A stretch of DNA of 64,000 nt from Octopus sinensis (GCF_006345805.1 NC_043011.1:12660464-12724463), one strand, 5' to 3'; positions 1-12,110 are shown, numbered from the stretch's first letter. Translations and numbers: made by a program. The notes: a model not told the origin generated them from the sequence alone.

Positions 1-345
1 TATTTATTCAATTCATAATTCGAAAATAACCTTGATGTTGTTAAAATAAAATAGGTTTTTCCACATTCGGCATTCTATATGTTAAATTCTTCCCACCACG
101 TTATCGAAATTCTCAGAGTCCCCCTGCCCATTATTTTGATGATAAACACATTCACTTCACTATGAATTTACGATTTGCAAAAATTCATATTTCTTAACCT
201 GAAATTATTCTTCAGATTGATCAGTTGGTTATTGCATACAATGCCATTGGCTTATAAACCAGTAATATAAAAAAACTAACGTTTTTGGACTAATAAATCC
301 ACCTCAGGCTATACACTGCCTTTTAAAGTTTTATATATATATAAA

Positions 346-757
346 GGCACAGGAGTGGCTATGTGGTAAGTAGCTTGCTAACCAACCACATGGTTCCGGG
401 TTCAGTCCCACTGCGTGGCATCTTGGGCACGTGTCTTCTGCTATAGCCCCGGGCTGACCAATGCCTTGTGAGTGGATTTGGTAGACAGAAACTGAAAGAA
501 GCCTGTCGAATATATATATATGTATGTATGTGTGTGCGTGTGTTTGTGTGTCTGTGTTTGTCCCCCTAGCATTGCTTGACAACCGATGCTGGTGTGTTTA
601 CGTCCCCGTAACTTAGCGGTTCGGCAAAAGAGACCGATAGAATAAGTACTGGGCTTACAAAGAATAAGTCCCAGAGTCGATTTGCTCGACTAAAGGCAGT
701 GCTCCAGCATGGCCGCAGTCAAATGACTGAAACAAGTAAAAGAATAAAAGAATAAAA

Positions 758-760
<3 letters not shown>
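346..760 (+). mobile_element. tRNA-derived SINE, family A (full length; CORE-like)
   Basis: tRNA-like head with A/B-box-like motifs (GTGTGGTAAG, GGTTCAGTCC), a CTTGGGCA(A/C)GTGTCTT block resembling the CORE domain, an internal (TA)n(TG)n tract and a (TAAAAGAA)n tail. More than 10 similar copies occur in the window. Confidence 0.9.
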
Positions 761-793
<33 letters not shown>

Positions 794-1440
794 ACCACAT
801 ATTTTAAAAAATGTTTACTATGCCCTTCCGGTAATGCATGCATATCGAGTCCCTTCATACTGGGTCCTGCTCTGAGGGAAATCTCCAAGACTGAGGTACA
901 GTTTGTGTAAGTAACATTTTTCTTTTAATTTCTACTTGGCAAACTATTGAATATTCAAATATGTCTACTAAAGTCATTCAAAATTTTTCATAGCATTTTG
1001 TTTTTTAATTCATTATCAGTAATAGTGTTTTCTTCTTGCTTATTTCATACTAATAATATTATGTTTTAAGCCTGTTTTCTTTGCTGACAACGTTTTGTGT
1101 CGAAATTTTTCTTCTTATTACAACTTATGCCAGTCGTACCTATATTAGAAAGGATTATTACAGCTTCTGTTTCATTGTCTTTTTAACATATCATATTTTT
1201 CATTTGTTCATCATTGCTTTTTAAGAATACACGTTCTATTCGCAACAGCTTTGCAATATTTCATTTTATATTTGTCTGCTTTAAATTTTACGTTTTCAAC
1301 TGTTTGCACGCTTTGCATGCATTCATTTTTCTTTTTCAACACAAGAAATACTAAGATAACATTGTTATTATGCATCTATATGTCGGTTTGCTTCACTTAT
1401 TGTATTACTGCACATTATATATATATAAACAAAAAGCAAT

Positions 1441-1493
1441 ATTCTTTTACTTGTTTCAGTCACTTGGCTGCAGCCATGGTGGAGCACCACCTT
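1441..1493 (-). mobile_element. SINE family A, 3' fragment
   Basis: Matches the reverse complement of the family A 3' end (TTTTACTTGTTTCAGTCA...GGAGCACC). Confidence 0.75.
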
Positions 1494-1572
1494 AAAAAAA
1501 ACAAAAAAACAGCACTTTCCTTTCATTGGATTTGCATCAAAAGGGTAACAATAATGTGAATACATGTTTGTA

Positions 1573-1603
<31 letters not shown>

Positions 1604-1640
1604 CTCTATCTCTCTCTCTCTCTCTCTCTATTTATATTTA

Positions 1641-1846
1641 TATATTCAAAATGCGACCGCATGTGTACCGTTGGCGATTTTTTTTCCTCTGTCTTCCTTT
1701 CTCTGGATCTTTCCTTTTCCTATGTTTCCGACAAAGAGCTCCACCCGAAACGTTAAACCTTCCTTGTTTCCTTCTTTCCTGAGCGTCCAATAATACTATA
1801 TTTGTTCCACGTTGTTGTGTTTTTTTGTGTTTTCATGTTTGGATTA

Positions 1847-1849
<3 letters not shown>
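1641..1849 (+). mobile_element. Short Penelope-like (PLE-derived) repeat with decayed hammerhead motif
   Basis: Homologous to 49308-49523 (opposite strand), flanked by microsatellites, and carries a degenerate hammerhead-like motif at 1724-1758. PLE assignment is inferred from that motif. Confidence 0.6.
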
Positions 1850-1883
<34 letters not shown>

Positions 1884-2526
1884 CGGAGTAGATGAAACAG
1901 AGGCGGCTGAAGAAGGGGAATGTTCCTTGTGTTGTGTCCTGTACTCTATTTTTTCGTTGTTTAAGAAAAATGTCCATTTCTTTGGTTTTGTGTTTATGTT
2001 TTCGTTTCTCATTGTGTTCAACGTTTTTTTTTGTGTCCTGTACCCATATATGCATGTATATATGCATGTAGATGTAGGTACGTACATATATGTATGTATA
2101 TATGCATATGTTTCATTTATTATTTTGTTATTATAAGATAGAACGCATGCATCCACTTCTAAGTAAGTTTTATATATATTTATATATATTGGCAGTATTT
2201 AGGCAGTGATTTTTCATTGTTTTATAAATGCACATTCTATTGACATAATTAAGAACATTTCAAATGAGTATGTCAGCCCGGATCCAGCAGACACACATCA
2301 TCGTTGAGTAAAATCTCTATATGGTCGCTCAACATGCTAAAAACGGCAGCCAAATCTCCCTTAAACCACACTTTACTGAAAGACCTATGATGAAGTGGTG
2401 AAGGCTGATATTGCATAACTCAGGGTTTAAGAGATGAGATGACAAAGTACAGGGTCCTCTGGCAATGTGACGTTCTCAAAAAATCTTGACCTCCTCAGCA
2501 AAATAACAGAGCAGAATATTTTGGCA

Positions 2527-2897
2527 TCTCTCTCTATATAAACGGCAGTTTGTCTGTGTGTGTTTCTGTGTGTCTGTTACGTTGTACCCTCACCCTGACC
2601 ACGGCTTTCAACCGATTCTGATGAAACTTGACACACACATAGCCCAATGTCATAATTCAAAACTAACGCAGCGAAAATTTTGAAAAGTTCCCCCAGTTCT
2701 GAAAAAAATCGATAAATTCGACATGGGGTTGAGAATCAGAAACACAAACCACAGACTGTCTAGGGGACGCAACTCGACCTTTTTAACTAAAAAAAAATTT
2801 ACCATAATTTTTTTTCCATTTTTTGGCTATAACTCTCTAAAAATGCTTTATAGTTATTTCCCTTACAAACCCGAGCAACGCCGGGCGATACTGCTAG
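2527..2897 (+). mobile_element. Non-autonomous Helitron (371 bp)
   Basis: Starts with TC after A2526 and ends CTAG followed by T2898 (A|T target). GC hairpin CCCG-AGCAACGC-CGGG at 2870-2885 lies just upstream of the CTAG. Confidence 0.85.
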
Positions 2898-4107
2898 TTG
2901 TTAATACAAAGTTCTCAATGGTTATTCCAAAAAGCAAATACATTCCTACAGCTTGTAACCAGACATGCAGTTGTCTAGCTACAGAAGTTGCAGTAATTAT
3001 GCCAGATGTTTAGAAACAATACAACCACAAAAACCTCTGACACTGTGTAAAGGGTGTGTTACTGATGAATCACTCCTTTGAACAATCAATTCAATGCTTT
3101 CAAATTATGACCCATGGTGGTTCTCATTGGTATTTCCATTTGATGGTAGGGGATAAAGGGTCAACTTCTGATGTAGGAGGTAAGAGTCATAAAATATCAC
3201 AAATGGATTTTTACAAAAATAGGGCTCATGATTTGGGAACATGATTTCCATTTCCTTTACAAATCAGGTGGTTCACCTTAGGAATATTACTGTGATGTGT
3301 ATTCCAAGATTGAAGGTTACAGTTGAATCGATATAATCAAAAACATCAGGGCATAGATTTAACAAAATATTCATGACTGCATGTATTCCCATAGCTCAAA
3401 TATCAGCAAAAGAGTAATCATACCACCGGCATTCATAGGAGGACCACAATGGAAAGAAAAATCACAGACTGACTTAACTGATAGAGTATTTTATATATGA
3501 AACTTAGGGATCTCTTATATGATATTTGGAAGAACATTTTGGGGAAAGACTGTAGGGTATATGTAGACTATAGAGTTCCAAAAGCATGGATTTCCCCCAT
3601 TATCATATGTTGTTCATATTAAACAAAGAATGGTAGATCCAGAACATTATGAAAAGTTTGTTTATGCAGAACTTCCAAATCCACGAACACAACCGACTCT
3701 ATTTCAACATGTCACCAAAAGCATGCTACATGGTCCATGTAGGAGATAAACCTAATACAACATGCATGGTTGGTGAGAAAATGTAAAAAATATTTCCCTA
3801 AAGACTCAGGAAAATTATAACAGCTATCCACTTGACTGATGTTGAAATAATGGTCCTACATTTACAAAGTCAAATGTCAAATTAGATAATTGTTCAGTTG
3901 TACCATATTTACCCTTCTTTTTAGTCAAATATGGAGGTCATTGTAATGTATAGAATATGTGTGGCTGTAAAATCATTTGGATAAATTAGCAAAAATATTC
4001 TTAAAGGTTGTGATCAGATGGCAGTTAATATTAATGAACAAACCAATACATAATAAATAGAAACACTCACAGATGAAATAGAAAATTATATTAATGGCTA
4101 TTATATA

Positions 4108-4520
4108 GGCGCAGGAGTGGCTGTGTGGTAAGTAGCTTGCTAACCAACCACATGGTTCCGGGTTCAGTCCCACTGCATTGCATCTTGGGCAAGTGTCTTC
4201 TGCTATAGCCCCGGGCCGACCAATGCCTTGTGAGTGGATTTGGTAGACGGAAACTGAAAGAAGCCTGTCGTATATATGTATATATATATTTATATGTATG
4301 TGTGTGTTTGTGTGTCTGTGTTTGTCCCCTTAGCATTGACAACCGATGCTGGTGTGTTTACGTCCCCCGTCACTTAGCGGTTCGGCAAAAAGAGACTGAT
4401 AGAATAAGTACTGGGCTTACAAAAGAATAAGTCCCGGGGTTGATTTGTTCGACTAAAGGCGGTGCTCCAGCATGGCCGCAGTCAAAATGACTGAAACAAG
4501 TAAAAGAGAGTAAAAGAGAG
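4108..4520 (+). mobile_element. SINE family A nested in Helitron
   Basis: Full-length copy that splits the Helitron YI|SSE motif. Confidence 0.92.
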
Positions 4521-4772
4521 TCATCAGAGACAGTCTGGAGGATTTGGGGTTTCAAACTACATGCTTCATATCCTGCAGTCCAACAGCATACAGTTCATTT
4601 ACCCCATCGGCAATCCATTTACTTTAATGGGGATGATAATATTCAACATGTTATCCACACTCATGACAAGTCTACCCTCACTGAATGGATGCAATATAAC
4701 CAGGAATCACCAGCTAAGTCATTTGCACATTTCCCTGGATTACACAAATGGTATAATACTTAGAAAATGTGA

Positions 4773-5188
4773 CTCTCTCTCTTTTTACTCTTTTACTTGT
4801 TTCAGTCATTTGACTGCGGCCATGCTGGAGCAACGCCTTTAGTCGAGCAAATCGACCCCGGGACTTATTCTTTGTAAGCCCAGTACTTATTCTATCGGGC
4901 TCTTTTTGCCGAACCGCTAAGTTACGGGGACGTAAGTACACCAGCATTGGTTGTCAAGCAATGCTAGGGGGACAAACACAGACATACAAACACACACACA
5001 TACATATATATATATACATATATATGACAGGCTTCTTTCAGTTTCCGTCTACCAAATCCACTCACAAGGCATTGGTCGGCTCAGGGCTATAGCAGAAGAC
5101 ACTTGCCCAAGATGCCACACAGTGGGACTGAACCCAGAACCATGTGGTTGGTTAGCAAGCTACTTACCACACAGCCACTCCTGTGCCT
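4773..5188 (-). mobile_element. SINE family A nested in Helitron
   Basis: Full-length reverse copy with Helitron-like coding sequence on both sides. Confidence 0.92.
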
Positions 5189-6120
5189 GACATCTCAGAA
5201 AAAAATAATAAACTCACAATTAGGTGAATTTACTTTGTTTCACCAAAGGAACAGAAGCAATTCTGAGAGCTTTATTGCATCATATTTCTGGAACTACCTC
5301 ATTTGAAAGTATGAGAGCTGTTAATGGTGTTGCTTTCATTAGTTAGGAAGAGACTTTATTGAAATTGGATTTAGCACACGATTACTGTGAATACCATCTA
5401 ACTATGGAGCTTGCAAATGTTTTAGCAACTCCATGTCAACTGCAAAGATTTTTCTACTCTGACAGATTATTTACAGCATTTGAAAGACAACTTTCAGAAG
5501 ATTAAGAGACTGCTTTAGAAGTAGAAGATAGCAATGATAACATAAAACTACTTACATTACAAAAAAAAATGGAACTTATTTTAAGAGAATATGGCAGAAC
5601 ATCAAACAATTCCTCTCCTCGTGAGTACACCAAACATGAATACTTTCAACATCAGTGCAGGCAACCCATTCATTCTACAAGATCTTAGAAAATTTCCATA
5701 GATTGAACAAAAAGTTTCTTTAATGAAAATTTCAAAAACTTAAATTGCAGTCAACAAGCAGCATTCTAGAAGATTAAAGAGGCAATTCACAATTCAAAAG
5801 TAGATACTTAACAGTCACACGATTCTCACCACTAAAACTTTGTTTATTGACAAGTTGGGTAGGTCAGGTAAAACTTTTCTCTACAGGGTCAGTCTGTCCT
5901 TTGTCCAAAATGAAGACAAGATTGCAATAGCAATTGCATCATCTGCTAAACGACCATCTTCAGATACTCTGCACATACCACCCTTCATTAAACACCATTC
6001 CCACTTGCATGCTATGTGTATATTAGTGAATATATACTATAAAGATATGTGAAATAAGGATATAAAATCAATGTAAAAATACGCTATCTTAAATATATCA
6101 AAGATAACATATTCACACTA

Positions 6121-6170
<50 letters not shown>

Positions 6171-6216
6171 AGAGAGAGAGAGACAGACAGACAGACAGAT
6201 GTATGTATATATATGT

Positions 6217-6438
6217 ATTTCTTTACTACCCACAAGGGGCTAAACATAGAGGGGACAAACAAGGACAGACAAAGGGAATGAGTCGATTACATCGACCCCA
6301 GTGCGAAACTGGTACTTAATTTATCGAACCCAAAAGGATGAAAGGCAAAGTTGACCTCGGCAGAATTTGAACTCGGAACGTAACAACAGACGAAATACTT
6401 CTACGCATTTCGCCCGGTGTGCTAATGTTTCTGCCAGC
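6217..6438 (-). mobile_element. tRNA-derived SINE, family B
   Basis: Reverse complement of the 28858-29092 copy. Contains a TTGCCTTTCATCCTT...GATAAATTAAGTACCAGT central block resembling a conserved SINE-superfamily core (specific domain not verified). Confidence 0.85.
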
Positions 6439-6649
6439 ATGTATATATATATAACATGAGTATATATACGTTTTTTTTTAAATTAATAGCTGGTTGAAGT
6501 TACAGAATAGTTAATGAGAGAAGAGTTTCATGCATTAATAAGTGCCAAGCCATGAAACTCTTCAGTCACTCTGTAACTTTTGCTGCTTATTGATAAAAAG
6601 ACAAAAATACAACAAAGTTTCAGATAAGAATACTCGCAGATAAGAATAC

Positions 6650-6870
6650 TTTTGACAGAGACTTTTCCAAATTTTCCCAGCATTTTGAAGTGCATAATGC
6701 AAAAAAGTTGACCAAAATCGGTCCTGATGAGCAGAAGAAATCATAAATTTTCAAAACTTTTTTTTCATAAAAAGCTTCCCTCCATCATTTCAAAGTCTGT
6801 GATGGAAAAAAAATTGGAAAAATCCACTTCAGAATGAAAAAAATCCAACTTATATAAGCATCCTGATCCA
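6650..6870 (+). repeat. Dispersed repeat, unclassified
   Basis: Similar to about 44290-44480 (TTTTCATAAAAAG...CCATCATTT.CAAG.CTGT...). Confidence 0.5.
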
Positions 6871-6976
6871 AAACTCCTCCAAAACAAATGTGTGTGTGTG
6901 TGTGTGTGTGTGTGTATTTGTTGATGCAAACAGGGAAAATAGACCTCAAAATATGAGTAGATGTATATTTTTATTA

Positions 6977-7069
6977 ATATTTAGCAGAAGTAACAGAGAC
7001 TTAAACTAGTTTAGTAAGTGCCAACGCATGAAACTCTCAGACTCTGAGTTACTCTGTTACTTCTGCTAA

Positions 7070-7073
<4 letters not shown>
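6977..7073. repeat. Short inverted repeat (22-bp perfect arms) abutting (TA)n
   Basis: ATATTTAGCAGAAGTAACAGAG at 6977-6998 and its reverse complement at 7052-7073. A related sequence lies at about 6500-6590. Confidence 0.8.
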
Positions 7074-7127
<54 letters not shown>

Positions 7128-7130
<3 letters not shown>

Positions 7131-7439
7131 TTCAGCAAAATTTAGATTCAGATGAATATGGTACTTAAGTTAGATGCACCAGAACTTTGTATGGTGCTAT
7201 CCATATAATTCCATGGGGTGATTATAATCAAAATAAGCAACAAGAATATCTCTGGTAATTTGGTACGATCGTTTCACACTACATCATTTTATCAAATATT
7301 GTAAATATTACAACAGTTTTAAAATGTTGATTGCTCAACATTTTAAAACTGTTGTAATATTTACAATACTTAATAAAATGATGTAGCGTGAAACAATCAT
7401 ACCAAATTACAGGAGGAGATATTCTTGTTGCTTATTTTG

Positions 7440-7445
<6 letters not shown>
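7128..7445. repeat. Asymmetric fold-back palindrome between (TA)n tracts
   Basis: Arms 7223-7330 and 7335-7445 are about 90% identical with a 4-nt loop (TTGC). The left side extends about 95 bp further without a partner. Confidence 0.9.
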
Positions 7446-7473
<28 letters not shown>

Positions 7474-7699
7474 TAACTATCACAGTTTCTTACAATATAT
7501 AAAACTACATACTTTTGACACTATATTTCAGAATTCAATTCTATATCAGATGATGTCTTAATCCCCATTAAACTGCCCCCATATATATTAAACACCAATA
7601 CTTTATATCTATATGTTGTATGTGGCTGAAGTATTTTGGCCAAAAAAAAATAAACATCAGTAAGAAACAAACAAAGGGAAAAATAAACTAACATACTCT

Positions 7700-8790
7700 T
7701 TTCTATGTTACCATAAAAAATTCGGTAAACTGATCAACCCACTGGAAACTTGTAACCTACAATGCTATTATTCACAACTTGGTAAATAAATTAAATAAAC
7801 AAAGAAAAGAATAGTGCAATTTCAGATGGTATTTTCCAGATTTTGGGTTGTTTGAGAACTGACATGCTAATATGGAAGCCATTGTTTAATTAACCGTTCA
7901 CGGAATCTGCTCTTTGACATTGCTTTCTTAGATATTAGACAAGATATATTAGGCTGCAGCTTATCTCTGGTGAATAATCTTGTTGACACATGTAAACCTA
8001 ATATTCCTTCCTATCTAGCCATATACTCTTACTTATTACTTTTCTTATTCTCAAGCAACTAGTGTTCAACTTCGCAGTCACATTTAAATGTTAGTCAGGA
8101 TTTGAGTGTGTAAGGCTTTGTTGACTAACATATGTTGTGGCTCTGTCATTGTATTCTGATTTTCTAGAAATATTGGTCAGCAACTCTTCACAAGTTTGAT
8201 ATTGCTATTTTTTTCTGGATTTTCTGGTAAGAGATTGATTTCAATGATAAAAATGTCCACTTCACCAAATTTTCTATTCTCATTAATAAAATCAAAAATG
8301 TAATCTACTAAGTGAATATCCTCAACTGATCTATCTATTTTCTGAGTTACTAATACAAACATGGCAATATTTTATTCTACATTTTTTAGATGAAATAAAG
8401 AAGTAATCAAATTTAGTTCAATATGTGTAGGAGATATAAATCTTCAGTTTTAACATAGGATATAATAAACCTGCTTATACATGTAGCTTTGGAAACTATT
8501 ACTTTCATTTCATAAGATGTTGTTTTTCCTATCAGCGTTAGGGAGAGACACCTTCCACCAATCATATGAGTCAGAACCAAATCTTTCAAACATGTCAGTG
8601 GAATTTAGTGTTATAAATAGTTTCAATATAGCTGCTAGCAGCTATATTAAGACTTTTGTGGATGACAAGAACATATATCACTGTTGCAATAGTCTCATCA
8701 AGGTACAGGCAACACTTGCAATAAAAGACCACGAGATTCTTAATATAAACATATCCCTATTCCGCATCATTCTACAGTTGATTTATCCTC
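7700..8790 (+). pseudogene. Highly degenerate CR1/L2-like LINE reverse transcriptase remnant
   Basis: Weak motifs in the expected order: HWKL (WK), IFLDF, and SYIKTFVDDKNIY (KLFADD-like). Confidence 0.45.
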
Positions 8791-9119
8791 CTCCTTCTTC
8801 CTCCTCCTCTTCTTCTTCCTCCTCTTCTTCTTTTTCCTCTTCCCCTTCTCCTCCTCTTCCTCTCCTCTTCCTCTTCTTCTTCTCCTCCTCTTCCCCTTCT
8901 CCCCCCTCCCCCTCTTCATCTTCTTCTCCTCCCCCCTTCATCTTCATCTTCTTCTCCTCCCCCCTTCATCTTCATCTTCTCCCCCTCCCCCTCTTCATCT
9001 TCTTCTTCCTCTTCTTTTCCTCCTCCCCATCCTCCTCCCCTTCCTCTTCTTCTTCCTCTTCCTCCTCCTCTTCTTCTTCTTCCTCTTCTTCCACTTCTTC
9101 TTCTTCTTCTTCTTCTTCT
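8787..9119. repeat. (TCC/TCT)n low-complexity tract
   Basis: Direct observation; it accounts for the poly-Ser/Pro tail of ORF 8517..9128. Confidence 0.95.
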
Positions 9120-10376
9120 ATTAATTAAGTCATAACAACCTTATCAAAACTAATTCTCTTTGTAAAACAGAAAATTATGTGTCAAGACCTAAGTTGACCA
9201 TTGACACTGATTTTTTATGCCAGAAATATGGTGAATAATTAGAAATAAAAAGGTTAAGTTAAAATAGAAGATATTTATGAGGATCTCCTATAAAATTTTC
9301 ACCCCAACATTTCCTGATACATTTGGTATAAGGCTCATTTGCAGAGAACTTTCCATGCAGTTGACATCCTGAAACTGTTTTTTTAACTCACATCTGCCCT
9401 CTCTAACACTACTTTCTAACTTGACTTTTGATCTCTTGACATTATTTTTTAACTTGACTCATGGCTTCTTGCTACATTTATCTAATTCAACAACTAATCT
9501 CTGGACACCATTATTGACCAAGATAAAATTGTCCAACTTGACATCTGATTTCCTGACACTGTTATATCTGTTATGACATCTGGGCCTTCTTATTTAATCT
9601 GACTTCTGACCTTCTAAGTCAGTTTCTGACTTCTTGACACTGTTATATCTGTTACAATATCTAAGTGCAAACATTGATATTTAAACATGCAGAGAACCTG
9701 TCACCTGAATATCGAGAATGTGTTCACTTGAAACAAGTTTAAAGCCAAATAATGGCTAACGAAGTGGTTGCTAAAGTAGAATGCAATCACACAATGTTAC
9801 ACATAATAAACAAAATCCAATGATAAACTAATACATCAACAACCATTAAACATACTAAACTCTCTAAAAACCACATATCATACAAACATTATCATAAAAA
9901 CTCACTTAGACACCTTCTATATAGACCACAACAAATCTCCATCTTTTGAAATACACAATAGAAACAACTTCACATAAATGCCTGTAAAATCCATCATTAT
10001 ATTGCACATAAATAATACCATTCAACAGGCCTCCATATTATATGTTACAATCAATAAAATTATCTCTTAATAAATACATCAATGTCAACTCATGCAGAAG
10101 ATATAATGACCAAAGTATAAAGAAAAAGAGAAACTCTATTGGCATTCATCAGCATAAAATTAGGTTAAATTATATTTGAATTAATTATTCGCAAAATGCA
10201 TGTGTGGTTCATCTTGAAGTATTTCAGTCATAAATCATTTTCAATCTTTCTATCAAAAACCAACAAGAAAACCTAATTCTCAGCATCATCATGATTGCAC
10301 ACACAGTATATCTATTACTTCTTAGTCAATAAAAACCAAAATATTATTTCAGAGTGCTTTGGAAATGCAATTGATA

Positions 10377-11296
10377 TAATGCATGTCAACAGTCTCTTTC
10401 AAGACATGCAGCAGTTTCACTCAATAGAGCTGCATCTTGTTTCCTCTCGGAAACATAATCAATTAACATTAAGGATTAAGATATTATTGGGGAGGTCAAA
10501 AAATCCATTCCTTTTTTCTAAACAAAAATTATGCAAATTTTAAACCCAAAGCAATTTAAAAGTATCGTTACTGTTTTGTTCCAATATCTCCTGCCATCTT
10601 GTGGATTGATCCATTATTTCCTGCTCAAAGAATTCCCTGTCCTTTACTGGCAAAAATCTTTTACAGGTGAATTTTGACATCCTCTTCAGATTTGAAGGTC
10701 TATCTATTCAATGAATTTTGAAGAGACTGAAACAGGTGGAAATCTAAAGGCACAAGATTGGGTGAATATGGAGGGTGCAACAAAACTTCCCAGCCAAGCC
10801 TTAATAACTTCTACTGTGACTGCAAATAAGTGTTCAGACTGACATTGCAATGACACTTCTACTGAATTGCTGCATTTAATTTGTCCAACAAGGACAGGAC
10901 CATCAATTTGAACATCTTGTGCCTTCAGATTTCCATCTGTTTCAGTCTCTTCAAAATTCATTGAATAGACAGACCTTCAAATCTGAAGAGGATGTCAAAA
11001 TTCACCTGTAAAAGTTTTTTGCCAGTAAAGACAGGAAATTCTTTGAGCAGGAAATAATGGATCAATCCACAAGATGGCAGGAGATATTGGAACAAAACAG
11101 TAACTATATTCTTAAATTGCTTTGGGTTTAAAATTTGCATAATTTTTGTTTAGAAAAAAAGGAACGGACTTTTTGACCTCCCCAATAATATCTAAATCCT
11201 TAATGTTAATTGTTTATGTTTTTCGGGAGGAAACAAGATGCAGCTCTATTGAATGAAACTGCTGCATGTCTTGAAAGAGACTGTTGACATGCATTA
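10377..11296. repeat. Long inverted repeat (about 382-bp arms, 155-bp spacer)
   Basis: Arms 10377-10758 and 10914-11296, about 95% identical by eye. Confidence 0.95.
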
Positions 11297-11987
11297 CATG
11301 ACTCTCCCAATCCCACCAGATTGAAAGCATAATCTTCTTTGGGTGAAGCCCTGCTTTGGAGGTTGTTTGTAATAGTTTGCTATGCTTCCCCCATGGTTAT
11401 CTCTGCTTCACATTGTTATAGCTGATTCATTTTCCATCTTCTGTCACCATTCGCTTAAAATCATTTCCTCCAAACATTGAGCCTGCAGATGTAAGCAAGT
11501 TGACACAGATGGTTTGCAACATTCGATTTGGTTATTTGGAATATATCTACAACCATCCTGATAATATGTTAACAAACTCCTTCATTTTGTTGCCATTAAT
11601 CTCAGTTAAACAGCCAATGCCAGGTGGATCTGAAGTGAAAAATTTCCAAATCAAAATCTTGAAAACCACTTCTGGCACACATTTCCTAAAAGCATCATCT
11701 CCGTACACATTACATGCTTTTTTCTGCAGCTTTCCACTGATTCTCGCCTTTTCAAAAATAGAAAAATTTTGAGGTGCTGATAATGTTTGATTTGGTTCTC
11801 CATTTTCAAGTTGATGCCAAGCACACAAAATATGACCGGTATTGTTGCAATTTCATGTCAAACTATGTTGAAGTGTCAAGTATCAAATGAGTGTGCATGC
11901 GCAAGGGGTAGACTGAAGTTAGCTACTTATTAGAGTGCTTGAAGTTTAGTGTCAACAAAAACTGAATGTACTTTTTGACGAACTCAA
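10487..11987 (-). mobile_element. Degenerate mariner transposon with internal inverted duplication
   Basis: TA dinucleotides flank both ends (10485-10486, 11988-11989), with related TIRs TTG(GGGAG/AGTTC)GTCAAAAA. Minus-strand translation: [58 protein letters not shown]. Confidence 0.92.
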
Positions 11988-12110
11988 TACTTTTAATTTT
12001 AGTACAAGAGAAACTGGTAAAAGTATCATCTGGAGAGTGTAGATAACACATATTCTAATGTCAAAACTTCAAGTTTGGGTTTCTATAAAACAGAGACATT
12101 AATTTTTGTA

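Larger units (their letters stand above)
2930..5950 (+). pseudogene. Fossil Helitron Rep/PIF1-helicase coding region, interrupted by two SINEs
   Basis: Manual translation gives Helitron motifs in the expected order: EVAVIMP, YDPWWFSLVFP, RVIIPPAFIGGP, TIEFQKHGF-HYH (HUH), KSMLHGPC, DEIENYINGYYI|SSETVWRIWGF, GTTSFESMRAVNG, and Walker A FIDKLGRSGKTFLY...IAIAIASS. Many stops and frameshifts. Confidence 0.9.

Noticed and set aside
812-906. Open frame ending at a GTAAGT donor
   Set aside because: No credible acceptor between the SINE tail and the frame.
1903-1930. CTGAAGA followed by a GGAA/TTCC hairpin (hammerhead-like)
   Set aside because: The GAAA strand and stem III are missing.
7712-7756. 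Minus-strand exon-like segment VTSFQWVDQFTEFFM
   Set aside because: Overlaps the plus-strand LINE RT remnant (HWKL motif) and has no supporting neighbouring exons.
8517-9128. 203-aa ORF
   Set aside because: The 5' part is a decayed LINE RT segment and the 3' part is a TCC/TCT low-complexity tract; not a gene.
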